Shown: in pieces, positions 30,720 to 40,929 of the stretch
Numbering within the stretch: the stretch's first letter is position 1
Layout of the letters: the number at the start of each line of letters is the position of its first letter
From: Candidatus Latescibacterota bacterium
GTDB taxonomy: Bacteria > Latescibacterota > UBA2968 > UBA8231
Assembly: GCA_965206595.1 (NCBI GenBank)
Contig: OZ242214.1
Coordinates: 3,392,001 to 3,456,000 of the forward strand
DNA length: 64,000 bases
Reading direction: 5' to 3'
Notes under the pieces: generated by a model
Told to the model about the DNA's origin: nothing
Databases searched by the model: none
Seen by the model: only the letters and a program-made list of their open reading frames with translations
Position numbers and translations under genes: made by a program

Positions 30720-31364
30720 CTACTCGACCGCCAGCTCCTGAACCAGCAGGTATTGTCCCGGCAGCAGACGCGCGGTGACCTCCACCGGCTTGAAGTGGGA
30801 GCCGGCCCCGAGAAAGGCATCCTTGCCGGAGCCGAACTGCAGGTAGTTGTAGATGCGGCCGTCCTCCGCTTCGAGATGGTGCAGGTGGCCGAGCTCGCAG
30901 GAGTGCGGCAGGTCGGCGACGCTGAGGCCGCACTGGCACTTGTTCACCCCGGCGAGGGTGACCTGCTGCCCGGGATCGTTGCGGAAGGCGGCGAAGTCGA
31001 TCAGCGGCACCGTGGTCACCTTCTTCAGGGAATCGACGTGCACCAGGGCTCCCCGCTCCAGCAGCCTCCCCGACACCTGCACTACCGACCCGGGCTCCGT
31101 CTCTTCCAGGGCGCCGGCGTTCCCGGGGGTTTCGAGGAAGGCGTACACCCCCTCCTCGGTCACCAGGGCGCGGCCGGCGACCTCGTGCTCAGCCTGCAGC
31201 TGCGCGGGGGCGCCGCCCTCCGCGGCCGCGGTGAAGAAGCTGTGGATGTCGACGATTACCCCGTGCCCCTGGAAGGGGGCGCTCTGCTCTCCCTGCTGCT
31301 GCTGCTGGCCCGCCCACGCGGTGGTGGCCGCGGCGATCAGCAGTATCTGCGTTGCCGTTCTCAT
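30720..31364 (-). CDS. secreted hypothetical protein with Cys/His cluster
   Basis: Signal peptide, GGAG RBS, two similar halves, KCQC...SCELGHLHH. Confidence 0.65.
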   Translation of the reverse strand: MRTATQILLIAAATTAWAGQQQQQGEQSAPFQGHGVIVDIHSFFTAAAEGGAPAQLQAEHEVAGRALVTEEGVYAFLETPGNAGALEETEPGSVVQVSGRLLERGALVHVDSLKKVTTVPLIDFAAFRNDPGQQVTLAGVNKCQCGLSVADLPHSCELGHLHHLEAEDGRIYNYLQFGSGKDAFLGAGSHFKPVEVTARLLPGQYLLVQELAVE

Positions 31365-31551
31365 CGCTGTCTCTCCGGAATGAAGGTGTCGGTGTGACGA
31401 TGGTGCGGTCCGCCCGGCTCCCTTGCCGGAGACGGCCGCAGGTTCATGGGTGAAACTCTCTTTGCCGGACCGCGGCGCAAGGGCAGCCCTGCCCCGGCGG
31501 CTTCAACCTCGCGCCTCCGTGAACCGCCGCTCGAACCGGCCGTGGCCGGCC

Positions 31552-32352
31552 TCAATCGTAGTTGCTCCGCTTGTGGTCCCCCATGAGGCGCAGCTGCCGC
31601 GGCGTCGCCCGCGCGAGGATGTCGGGATCGAACTGGAAGCGGTTGAGGTAGGGCGGGTACTTCTGGGTGATCATGCGCTGCGCGTAATGCACCTGCAGCA
31701 GGTAGCGCACCTCGCCGCTGGTGTTGGCGGTGCCCTGGTGCCAGACCTCGCTACGGAAGATGACGACGTCCCCCGCCTTGCAGAAAATCCCCTTGGGCGG
31801 GGACCCCTTGTACCCGGTGTCCCCGTCCGGCGGGCGGCCGGCGCGGTGGCTGCCCGGCACGAACGCGGTCGGGCCGAGCTCCTCGTAGAGGTCGTCGAGG
31901 TAGAAATGGGCGGTGGTGATGTACACCGGGATGCGCAGGCGCGGATCGTCCATCAGGTCTTCGGGAACCGTCAGCGGCTGCCAGTCGGCGTGCAGGTTCT
32001 GCGCGGGCCGCCCGGGGCCGGTCAGCCACGCGGTCATGCCGATGCAGTGGCAGTCGGGACCGTGCAGGGCCTCGGCCAGCTCGATGACCCGCGGGCGGTC
32101 GAGGAAACCGGTGAACAGCGGGTCGCGATTGAAGACGTTGTTGATGGACTTGGAGAAAAAGCCTCCCTGCTCCGGGGTGCGGGTGCGGTCGAAGCTCTCC
32201 GGTAGCGCTTCCAGGGCGTCCATCGCCGCGCGCAGCCGCTGGATTTCCCCGGCGCCGACGACCCCGGGCAGATAGGCGTAGCCATCGCGGTGCACGGCTT
32301 CGACCTGCTCCTCCAGCTCGGGGTAGGCTACCAGCGGAATCGGCTCGATCAT
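31552..32352 (-). CDS. phytanoyl-CoA dioxygenase (PhyH) family Fe(II)/2OG oxygenase
   Basis: RDGY, LHADW, GPTAFVPGSH, AGDVVIF..WHQG..N. Confidence 0.85.
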   Translation of the reverse strand: MIEPIPLVAYPELEEQVEAVHRDGYAYLPGVVGAGEIQRLRAAMDALEALPESFDRTRTPEQGGFFSKSINNVFNRDPLFTGFLDRPRVIELAEALHGPDCHCIGMTAWLTGPGRPAQNLHADWQPLTVPEDLMDDPRLRIPVYITTAHFYLDDLYEELGPTAFVPGSHRAGRPPDGDTGYKGSPPKGIFCKAGDVVIFRSEVWHQGTANTSGEVRYLLQVHYAQRMITQKYPPYLNRFQFDPDILARATPRQLRLMGDHKRSNYD

Positions 32353-32356
32353 GGCC

Positions 32357-33442
32357 TCATCTCCTTTTCCCGTCGACGATCCGCTCTGCCTGCCACGGCC
32401 GTCTCTCCCCGTAGTACTCGTGGAGCGGACGCCGCGGTCCCGTCTCCGGGAGCTGCTTGCCGTACACGGCGACGCCGGTGAGGCCGTTGGAAGTCCGCAA
32501 ACGCCGTGGCAGCACCGCCTCGCGCTCGAATCCCGCCTGCTCCAGTGCCTCCCCGGCGCCCCCGTCACCTTCCGCGGCGTAGGCCTGCAAAACGGAGATG
32601 CCGATCCGGTGGGCGCGGGCGGCTGTGGCGTCGAGCAACTCCCCGGTCTGGGCGCCGTACTCCGGGGCGACGCGGAAGCTGAGCTGGGCGACGTGTTGCT
32701 GGTGGAAGGTCGGCAGGCGCTCGACAACGGCGCAGCCGACCACCCTCCGGCGCGGGTTCTCCAGCACCGCGATGAGGCCGCGGTCCTCCTCGACACGGCG
32801 CATCAGGCGCACGAAGTGACCCTCGAAACGGGTGTCGCGGAAGCAGTGGCTGAGGTACTCCTTGATCTCCCAGTCCGGCTGCGGGTGGCAGAACAGCACC
32901 GAGGCGCCCGGCAGGTCTCCCCAGTGCGCCTCCCGGACAGTCGCCTCACCGGCGTGCGCCAGGTATGCGGCATCGAAGTCGCCGGCCGCGGCCGACAGGC
33001 AGCGCATGCCGTCGCCGACGAAGTAGTCGAAGCCGCAGCTCTCGTACAGCCGCCCGGCTCCGGGATTGGTGGTGCAGAGGTACAGGGCGAGGCCGCCATT
33101 CGCTTCGAAGCGGACGATCAGCTGCCGCAGCAGGGCGGTGCCGACCCCCTTGCGCCGGTGCTCTTCCGAGGTGCTGACGAACTCGACCAGGCCGACCTCG
33201 GGATTGCGCGCCGGCGTCAGGCAGGTCATGTACCCCGCGACTTGACCGCCGATCTCGCCGATGTAGTAGGGGCTGCGAAGCCAGGGGGCGACGGCGCCGG
33301 ATAGCAGGTCCTCCTCGACCGCTTCCCACCAGCAGCCCACCTGGCCTGCCCAAGCGCCGAGAGGGGGCTCCACCTCGCTGACGAGGAGGGTTTCCCCCGA
33401 CTTCAGCTTCGCTTCGGTGGTGGCTCCGGCGTTGGCGGCGAT
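32357..33442 (-). CDS. tandem GNAT acetyltransferase (start uncertain)
   Basis: EEHRRKGVGTALL, AGRLYESCGF, second domain LEQAGFEREAVL. A GGAG is followed by ATC rather than ATG. Confidence 0.75.
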   Translation of the reverse strand: MAANAGATTEAKLKSGETLLVSEVEPPLGAWAGQVGCWWEAVEEDLLSGAVAPWLRSPYYIGEIGGQVAGYMTCLTPARNPEVGLVEFVSTSEEHRRKGVGTALLRQLIVRFEANGGLALYLCTTNPGAGRLYESCGFDYFVGDGMRCLSAAAGDFDAAYLAHAGEATVREAHWGDLPGASVLFCHPQPDWEIKEYLSHCFRDTRFEGHFVRLMRRVEEDRGLIAVLENPRRRVVGCAVVERLPTFHQQHVAQLSFRVAPEYGAQTGELLDATAARAHRIGISVLQAYAAEGDGGAGEALEQAGFEREAVLPRRLRTSNGLTGVAVYGKQLPETGPRRPLHEYYGERRPWQAERIVDGKRR

Positions 33443-33575
33443 GGCCCTGTCTCCGGTGGATGGACCCAATGAAAGGGTCAGCCGTGCATTGCGGGGTCGG
33501 GCCGGATATTGTAGCAGGTCCGCTCCCGGTTCGGCAACGCCGGCGCCAGGGGAGACAGGGTTTCGGGCGGCGCGG

Positions 33576-33959
33576 CTACGCCTGCACCGCCGGCCCGCCG
33601 GCACTCCCCCGGTTTCTATCCAGAATCCTCAGGAGTATCAATGCCGGCAACGCGGCCACGAGGACGAAGGCGACGACGCCGATCGGTCCGAGCAGCCCTC
33701 CGACGGTTGCTCCCCAGGCAGCCGCCAGCCCCAGTACCGCGGCGCAGGCGTACGCGAGGATGCGGGAGCGGCGGTGCAACAGGCGCACCGCCCAGGTCAG
33801 CGGAATCGCAGCCGGCCAGGTCAGGGCGAACAGCCACAGGATATCCGTCGCGCCGGGACCGTGTCCCATGCCGCCGGCGCCGAACCTGACCATGGAGATG
33901 ACCAGCACGAGTAGCGGCAGCCAGAGGGAGCCCAGGATTGTGGCGACAGTTCCTTTCAT
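33576..33959 (-). CDS. small integral membrane protein (~4 TM)
   Basis: GGAGG RBS; four hydrophobic segments. Confidence 0.6.
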   Translation of the reverse strand: MKGTVATILGSLWLPLLVLVISMVRFGAGGMGHGPGATDILWLFALTWPAAIPLTWAVRLLHRRSRILAYACAAVLGLAAAWGATVGGLLGPIGVVAFVLVAALPALILLRILDRNRGSAGGPAVQA

Positions 33960-34141
33960 GTCGAGACCTCCGGTTTCAGGAATGTGACAGAAGGGCGTTT
34001 CTTTTGACACCCGATAGACCGCCAGGCTTCAGCCGGGTTCCGCGGGCTGGAACCTCCGCGGTCTTCGGGGGCGTCCTAGTAACGGGAGGCCATCCCGGCC
34101 GGTAATCGGGCCTTGCCGCCCTTGAACCCAGGAGGACAACC

Positions 34142-35593
34142 ATGCTCGACACCAAGTCCGACCCTGCGGTACCCCGGACCGTGCTGCCGCTGCTGATCTT
34201 CCTCGTTGCCGCGGCCGCCTCCGGTCACCAGGAACCATTCCCCATCCTTGCACCCGACGACGCCCCCGACAGCCTCAACGTGGAACGTGTCGGCGAGATC
34301 GTCCTCCTCAGCCTTCCCCAGGAGGGCGAACTTCCCTTCGGGACCGACCTATATCTCACGGGGGACCACGCGCTGATGGGCGACTTCCGCGGCCTTGTCC
34401 ATATCGTCGACATCTCCGATCCCGCGGACATGCGCAAGGTAGCCGAGGTCCGCACCTCCGGATCCGCGGTGGACATCAAGATCTCGGGCGATCTCGCCGT
34501 AATCGGGGTACAGGAGTTCGACGCCGACTTCGGGTTGCTGATCCTCGACATTTCAGATCCGGCGAATCCCGTCGAGCTCTCGCGGCTCGAGGAGGTTGGC
34601 TGGGGGGGCGTCCACAATCTCTTCATCCACGGCGACCGCCTCTATCTCGCTCACATGTACAGTCCGGGCATGAGCATCGTCGACATATCCGATCCGGCCG
34701 CCCCCGTGGTTTCGGGTTTCTGGCAGCACGAAGGAAGCTTCAGCAATCTGGTACACGACGTCTTCATCCGCGACGGCGTCGCCGTCCTCAGCGATTACGG
34801 CTCCGGGCTGATCCTTCTCGACCTCACCGACCCGGACGCACCCGAGCTGCTCGCGGCGCTGCCTTTCCCCGAAGGCACCCACAGCGCCTGGGCAAAGGGG
34901 GGCTACGTCTACTGCAACCAGGAATTCGGCGGCTGGGAGCGGCGCCTCCACGTCGTCGATATCGCCGACCCCCGGCAGCCGCGGGTGGTGCACTCTTTCG
35001 GCAGCCGCCCACCGCCTCACGGGGACATCCTCGGCCCGCACAACCCCTGGGTCGACAACGGGCTGTTGTATTGGGCCTACTACGACGCCGGCTTCCGCGT
35101 CTTCGACCTGAGCGACCCGGCACGGCCGGTGGAAATCGGCTACCACACCTATCCGGGCTCCGCCTGGAGCGTGCAGCCGCACGACGACGGGCTGCTCTAC
35201 GTCGCCGACGGCACGGTGGGCATCCAGGCCTACCGGCTGAGCGAGGCCATTGCCGGCAGGTCCACGCCGCCGACGGAGACCGCGGTGTACGAGGAACAGG
35301 GGGACGCCCGACCAGCGGCTTTCCACCTCTCCCAGAACTACCCCAACCCCTTCAACCAGTCAACGGTGATCCATATCAACCTGGAAACCAGGGCCGACAT
35401 GGAGCTGGCGGTTTACAACATGACCGGACACAAGGTCGCAACGCTGGCCCGGGGGCCATATCCTGCCGGGAGCTATTCCTTCCTCTGGGAGGGACGCTCC
35501 ACCCTGGGGAGAGAACTGGCTTCAGGTGTCTATACCTGCCGGCTCAGTGCCAACGGGCAGGTGCGGACGCGCAAACTGATGCTCCTTCGCTGA
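34142..35593 (+). CDS. secreted LVIVD-repeat protein with FlgD-Ig C-terminal domain
   Basis: Repeated 'IVDISDPA' units; LSQNYPNPFN...ASGVYTCRL...RKLMLLR. Confidence 0.85.
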   Translation: MLDTKSDPAVPRTVLPLLIFLVAAAASGHQEPFPILAPDDAPDSLNVERVGEIVLLSLPQEGELPFGTDLYLTGDHALMGDFRGLVHIVDISDPADMRKVAEVRTSGSAVDIKISGDLAVIGVQEFDADFGLLILDISDPANPVELSRLEEVGWGGVHNLFIHGDRLYLAHMYSPGMSIVDISDPAAPVVSGFWQHEGSFSNLVHDVFIRDGVAVLSDYGSGLILLDLTDPDAPELLAALPFPEGTHSAWAKGGYVYCNQEFGGWERRLHVVDIADPRQPRVVHSFGSRPPPHGDILGPHNPWVDNGLLYWAYYDAGFRVFDLSDPARPVEIGYHTYPGSAWSVQPHDDGLLYVADGTVGIQAYRLSEAIAGRSTPPTETAVYEEQGDARPAAFHLSQNYPNPFNQSTVIHINLETRADMELAVYNMTGHKVATLARGPYPAGSYSFLWEGRSTLGRELASGVYTCRLSANGQVRTRKLMLLR

Positions 35594-35932
35594 ACGCCCG
35601 TCCGGAGAACAGCCGGAGGTTTCCGGGCCATCGCGGGTTGAAGTCACCTGTTCGCCCTTGGCGCCGGTAGATGTCCGCGGTCAACGGGTCGCGTCCGCCT
35701 GCCCGAGCCCGGGGATGGCGCCGCGGAATGAGATCCGGAAGGTTTTGGCACAGGCGCCACGAGCCCCTGGCTGGGGATGAAAGGCAGCAGGATTCGGTGC
35801 GCACGAGATGGCTCGTCTCATCCGCCCCCCGGGGAGCAGAGCCAGCCGGATCCGACTGATCCCCCGGGCCTCACCGGGCTCAGCTCCGAGATCCGTGCTC
35901 AAACCTCTAACACCCCAAGAGTGAGGGCATGT

Positions 35933-37315
35933 ATGACCGGAAACTCACCAGATATATCCATCCGCTCTCTGGGCGACGCCGACGTCGCCCAGATCCCCGC
36001 CTTCTTCGAGGGGGTTTCCGAGGCGAGCCGCAAATTCTTCCACCCCCATTCCTTCGATCGGGAAGCGGCTGCGTGGATCGCCCGGGAAATTCGCGATCCG
36101 GACTGCGTCCATGTCGGCGCTTTCAGCGACGACAAGCTGATCGGGCACGTCTGGTACGCGCGCCGCAGCGGAAAGCCCTGGCCCGGCCTGGGCATCGGCA
36201 TCGTCGATACCTTCCACGACCGGGGCATCGGCAAGAGGCTGATGCAACGGATCGAAGGTATCGCCCGCGAGCGCGGCGAGCCGGGACTCTCCCTGAGCTG
36301 TTACCCGGAGAATCACCGGGCCCTTCGCGTCTATGCGAAACAGGGATTCCGCCTCGCCGGCAGGACCGGGGACGGGGCCCAGTTCCGCATGGTCCGCAAC
36401 TTCGCCGACGATGAGACGCCCTTTGCAATACGCGGGTTCTACGCCTCGAGCATCCCCTGGAACATCGCACCGCTGACGACGGACACCTGGAGCTTCGACG
36501 ATTGGAAATGGTACCTCGAGCTGCTCAATGCCGCGGGCTGCAATCTGCTGAAGCTCTACATCTGGCCGACGCAGTATCACCACCCGGACGAGCCGGAACT
36601 CACCTCCAATGCGTGGCGATACCCGGTCTGGCGCCAGGCCCTGGCGTACGCCCGTGTCATGGGGATGGAAACGCAGGTCGGGTTTTCCACCGGGTGCGTG
36701 CCTCCCTTCGCCTTCTTCCTCGACCCGGAAGGGGGCTTCGAGTCGGCCAACATCCTGCCCGAGCCCAAGCTGCGGCAGGTCGACGCGTGGCTGGACAAGG
36801 GCCTCGAAGAAAGGCACACCGCCTCGCTGGCCTATCGCTTGACCCCCTATACGCAGTACCCGGGGGATTTCTATTTCTTCCGGCGGCAACTCAACCCCGC
36901 ACAGTCGAGGGAATCCGTGCTTGCCGGCCTGGGGGAGTACGTTTGCAATCCGCGCCAGGGATCAGGATGCGTTGACGGAACCCGGTTCGCCTCGGCAGTG
37001 GAGTCGCTCGAGCAATGGTGGGAAATGCGGCGGGAGCAGGATCTCGAGGAGGCAGCGTCAGGGCTGACCTCCCTGGCGGCAACCCACGACTCCGTCAGAG
37101 ACCTTGCGGATGCCGCGGCCCTTCTGCGGCTACTGCCGGGGGGACTGGGAAATCAGTCGTTGGAAGAGTTCAGCGAAGACCTGCGCCTTCGGATGAGCAC
37201 CATGCCGGTCTTTCGCGGCCTGACGCTGGACCATCTCTGGTCGGGCAGGGCGCGGGCATTCCTTCAACTGCGAGTGAAAAACTGGTTGCACCGGCTGCAG
37301 CAGCAGGCCGGTTGA
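35933..37315 (+). CDS. GNAT acetyltransferase fused to an unknown, possibly glycoside-hydrolase-like region
   Basis: LGIGIVDTFHDRGIGKRLM, NHRALRVYAKQGF, then 'WSFDDWKWYLELL..AGCN'. The second region looks internally shortened. Confidence 0.65.
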   Translation: MTGNSPDISIRSLGDADVAQIPAFFEGVSEASRKFFHPHSFDREAAAWIAREIRDPDCVHVGAFSDDKLIGHVWYARRSGKPWPGLGIGIVDTFHDRGIGKRLMQRIEGIARERGEPGLSLSCYPENHRALRVYAKQGFRLAGRTGDGAQFRMVRNFADDETPFAIRGFYASSIPWNIAPLTTDTWSFDDWKWYLELLNAAGCNLLKLYIWPTQYHHPDEPELTSNAWRYPVWRQALAYARVMGMETQVGFSTGCVPPFAFFLDPEGGFESANILPEPKLRQVDAWLDKGLEERHTASLAYRLTPYTQYPGDFYFFRRQLNPAQSRESVLAGLGEYVCNPRQGSGCVDGTRFASAVESLEQWWEMRREQDLEEAASGLTSLAATHDSVRDLADAAALLRLLPGGLGNQSLEEFSEDLRLRMSTMPVFRGLTLDHLWSGRARAFLQLRVKNWLHRLQQQAG

Positions 37316-37641
37316 GGAGTATGGGCCTCTGGCTCATCGGCCATGGCCATCGAGCCCCGGTTGCCTGAACCTGGCTGATGGCGGGGTGAGTCCTGGAGAT
37401 GCAGGCGGTTTTTCGACGGGATGAATCCCGGCCCCACCTGTTGCCGGGTGGCTTCCCCATCGAAACCTCGCCTGGCGCGGCTGCTCTGCGCGCTGTTCGC
37501 GGAGCCTGTGCCAGCTTGGCTTCGGCGGGCCTGGGGTGCGGGCTCGAGGGACACGGTATCCTCGGGGCGAGTCCTGTAGAAGCTGACGGTCCTTCGCGCG
37601 GGACAGATCCCGGCTCCCCCGATTCCCGGTGCCCTTTCCTG

Positions 37642-38790
37642 TCACCCGGCCGGGCCGCGGATGCCGCTCCCGGTTTCCTCGACCACGAGGTCCACCACGG
37701 CGCGCAGGGCTTCTTCCACCGAATCTCCTTCCAGCCGGCGCAGGCGGAAATGATCGATCTGCCGGTCGGCGCCGGTGCCGGTCCGCACGAGCTCCAGGGC
37801 GTGGCGCAGTTCCACTTCGCATCCGAGGGCCTGCGCATCCTCGGCGAGGCCCTCGACCATGTAAGTGGCGTACTCCTCGATGTCCATGCGCCCGGCTCCT
37901 CCGGTATTGCCGAGAAAGGCGAGGACGCCGTATCGCTGCGCCAGCCAGCAGTTCTCCTCGATCAGCTCCGTCGGCGGCTCCGCCGGGAGATCTCCCTGCA
38001 TGTCCCGGCGCGACAGATGGCGCACGAGGCAGGCATACAGCGCCACGACGCTCATGGCGTCGTCCACGGTGTGGCAGATGTCGCAGATACGCAGCTCCAC
38101 CGTGGGATAGATCCGCGAGGGGCGGATGTCCCACCACAGCTCGCTGCTGTCCTGGATGAAATCCATGCGGCGGTAGTCGTCCACGAGGCCGTCGAAATCT
38201 GCCCAGGAGCGCAGCGGACCCGGAAGGCCGGTGCGCGGCATGCTGCCGAAGAGGGTCAGCCTGTAGGACTTGAAGCCGGTCTCCCGGCCGCTGCTGAAGG
38301 GGGAGGCGGCGGAGAGCGCGTGCAGCAGCGGCAGGTGCCGGCGCAGCGCCGTCATGACCCGCACGCGGCTGTTGAGGTCGCCGAACCCGGCGTGAATGTG
38401 CATCCCGCCGACGAGCAGCTCCCGGACCGCCTGCTGGTAGGTCGTGGCGAACTGCTCGTAACGCTGGCCCGCGGTGACGACCTGGTTGGCCCAGGCCGCG
38501 AAGGGATGGGTCGAGGCGGCCAGGACCGCGGCCCCGTGCTTTGCGGCCGCGTCGATGACGAGGCGGCGGGTCTCGTTGAGGGCGGAGCGCACCTCCGCCA
38601 CGAATGCGCAGACCCTGGTGGTGGTTTCTATCTGGGAGCGCAGGAACTCCGCCACGACCTCGTGCGGCCCGCAGTTTCTCTCGCACTCCTCGAAGATGCC
38701 GCGGTCGGGGTCGGACAGGAGATCGCGGGTCTCCGGGTCGATCAGGAAGAACTCTTCCTCGACACCAAGCTTTATTGCGAGGGGGTCCAT
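37642..38790 (-). CDS. ybdK: carboxylate-amine ligase (GCS2/YbdK family)
   Basis: LGVEEEFFLID, SQIE, GMHIHAG, ALSAASPF, WWDIRP, TVELRICD. Confidence 0.9.
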   Translation of the reverse strand: MDPLAIKLGVEEEFFLIDPETRDLLSDPDRGIFEECERNCGPHEVVAEFLRSQIETTTRVCAFVAEVRSALNETRRLVIDAAAKHGAAVLAASTHPFAAWANQVVTAGQRYEQFATTYQQAVRELLVGGMHIHAGFGDLNSRVRVMTALRRHLPLLHALSAASPFSSGRETGFKSYRLTLFGSMPRTGLPGPLRSWADFDGLVDDYRRMDFIQDSSELWWDIRPSRIYPTVELRICDICHTVDDAMSVVALYACLVRHLSRRDMQGDLPAEPPTELIEENCWLAQRYGVLAFLGNTGGAGRMDIEEYATYMVEGLAEDAQALGCEVELRHALELVRTGTGADRQIDHFRLRRLEGDSVEEALRAVVDLVVEETGSGIRGPAG

Positions 38791-39033
38791 CGTCCTTTGC
38801 GCTCCCGGTTCAGCACAGCGGCAGCAGCGGCCGGGCCGGCTCCTACCAGGATTTCACAGGAGGACTTCCTCCCCCTGCTTTTCCGGGGGAAGAACCGGTT
38901 CTACCAGTTCCTCATCCCGGCGGGAACATGGAAGCCCAAGAGAAAACCTCCATATCAGGTTTGCCGTACAAAGGAGGAAAATTTCCGCCCAAGGGCGAAG
39001 GCGCCAAGCCGAGGAGACCGATTTTTCAGGCCG

Positions 39034-39250
39034 TCAAACAGTTGGAGTGACTTTCCTGACTTTGCCGATAGGCAGCGAGAGCGTCGTGGGCTCTGCAACG
39101 ACATACCCGCTGACCTCGGGGGTGAGCAGCACCAAGACGTGGCGATGACCAGTCTGGCCGTAGACCTCGCGCACCCGGGCGCGGACCGGTGGAGCTGGGA
39201 CCCCAGGGAATCTCGACTTCTTCGTCATACGCAAGCTCGGTGTTTTCCAT
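39034..39250 (-). CDS. small hypothetical protein (~71 aa), frameshifted near 39185
   Basis: AAGGAG RBS; MENTELAYDEEVEIPWG... continues in another frame as VRARVREVYGQTGHRHVLVLLTP...KVTPTV. Confidence 0.5.
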
Positions 39251-39262
39251 TCGAATGCTCCT

Positions 39263-39744
39263 TTACCATGGCCGGGGGATTTTCAAGCCGGCGGCGAGCT
39301 CGTCAGCCACCACAGTATCCATGTCACGCACAACCCTGTCGAGGATCTTTCTGAACCTGCGGTATGAGGACAAGATCACCCGGGTCTGGTTGTCTTTGAC
39401 CAGCGACTGGACCTCGCTTTCGTTGCCGTGGACGATAGCATTGCGGAAGAGGAACGCTGCGGGTTCTGGGTGTCCAGCTTGCGTCCCTGCTTCAGGAGAG
39501 TTTCCAGGACCGCGACTTGGCGCTCATTGGCGCTGGCGATGTACACGGAGATGGCTTCGTTGTGCAATTCGCGACAATACACCTGGAACTGACCGACGAG
39601 AGTGACGAACAGACTCCTTACCAACTGTTCGATGTCCCAGCGCCGTCCCCGCTTTCTTCCGCGGGCGTCGGCATGAATCTGCTCCAGTTGGTCGAGGCGC
39701 CCTGCATATTCGGTTTCCCACACGTCCTTCGCTCTCGACATCAC
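39263..39744 (-). pseudogene. HEPN-like protein with frameshift or internal deletion near 39445
   Basis: 'LVGQFQVYCRELHNEA', then in another frame 'FRNAIVHGN...IPRPW*'. Confidence 0.55.
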
Positions 39745-39862
39745 TGACTACTCCTTCAGACCCGTTGACCTGCGGAAATGGAAACCGTTTCCAGAAACGA
39801 TCCGCACGCTCGCGGTCCTCAAGATAACCATGTTCTTGCAAGAGAAGACCTCCGGCCCAGCC

Positions 39863-40676
39863 TCACACATAGGCGATCACCAGCTCGATCCCCACGATGC
39901 GCAGGCAGTCCTGGCCCTCTATGCGATCGAGCGCGACCCAAATGCGGTTCTCTCCCTGGACGACCGGTACGTCGCGCCAGGTCACCGTCGTGGTGGACGG
40001 CAGCTCGATGCGACGGCCTGAATCCAGGCGGCTGCCGTTCAAGGAGACCAATGCCTCCACCAGGGAGGGGTCGTACTCCCTGCAGGTGATCCGCAGCCAG
40101 GTATCGGCCACGGCCTGTTCCCGCCGCGCGGATTCGACGTCGTCCCCGACGACGATCCGGAACACCTGGCTCTGGCCCGGGTCCCCGATCTCGAAGGGGA
40201 GGGGCATCTCGCCCCCCTGCTCGGGGGTATTGAGCTGCATGTCCACGCTGACGGTGTAGCGCTTGTTCCTGCGGGCGATCCGCCGCGGGTCGTCAATCTC
40301 GCGCAGCAACTGGACCTCGTCCGGGGTGTAGGCATCGCTGCCGGTCTTCGGCAGCCGGGGGCAGTCGTAGTTGAACAGGTAGGGTGCTGTCGGCCATCCA
40401 GCGCACGTATTCCAGGCCCTCGGCCTGCGGCCACTCGGTGACGTTGGAGCCGTAGATCTCGCCGAACCCGGTGGGGTGGGAGAAGGTCTCGTCGCCGCGG
40501 CCCATCGAGTTGGTGAACACCTCGACGGCGGTGCCGGCGACTTCCTCGATGTCGCGGCAGGCCTGCTCCGGGGTGATCGGCGGCTCGAAGGCTATGTAGG
40601 TCGTCGAGTCGCCGTCGGAATTGAAGATCAGTCGGGGGCAGTCCGGGGGTTCCTTGGGGTCGGGGGTTTCGCTCAT
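39863..40676 (-). pseudogene. internally deleted glycoside-hydrolase-like gene
   Basis: RLIFNSDGD N-terminus joins out of frame near 40383 to YLFNY...LLREIDDP. The central part appears missing. Confidence 0.5.
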
Positions 40677-40750
40677 TTCAATGCTCCTTCTTCATCATTT
40701 CTCGGCCCACCGAGTCTGGTGCCGAGCCCGAAGATGAGCGCGAGTTCATT

Positions 40751-40780
40751 AATTGGGGGATCGAAAATTGGGGGATCGAA
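40751..40780. repeat. 15-bp perfect tandem duplication (FDPPI x2)
   Basis: aattgggggatcgaa x2. Confidence 0.9.
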
Positions 40781-40929
40781 CCATCGTCGATACCGCCCCT
40801 CCGACCGCAGAACAAATGAAGTTCCCTGGAACCACTGATAACCCAAACCGAACCCGGCGGAGTAATTGGAATAGCCGATATCGAGAGGAGCACCAGAATG
40901 AGCCGTGACTGCCCAAGCGCCTAGTCCTA

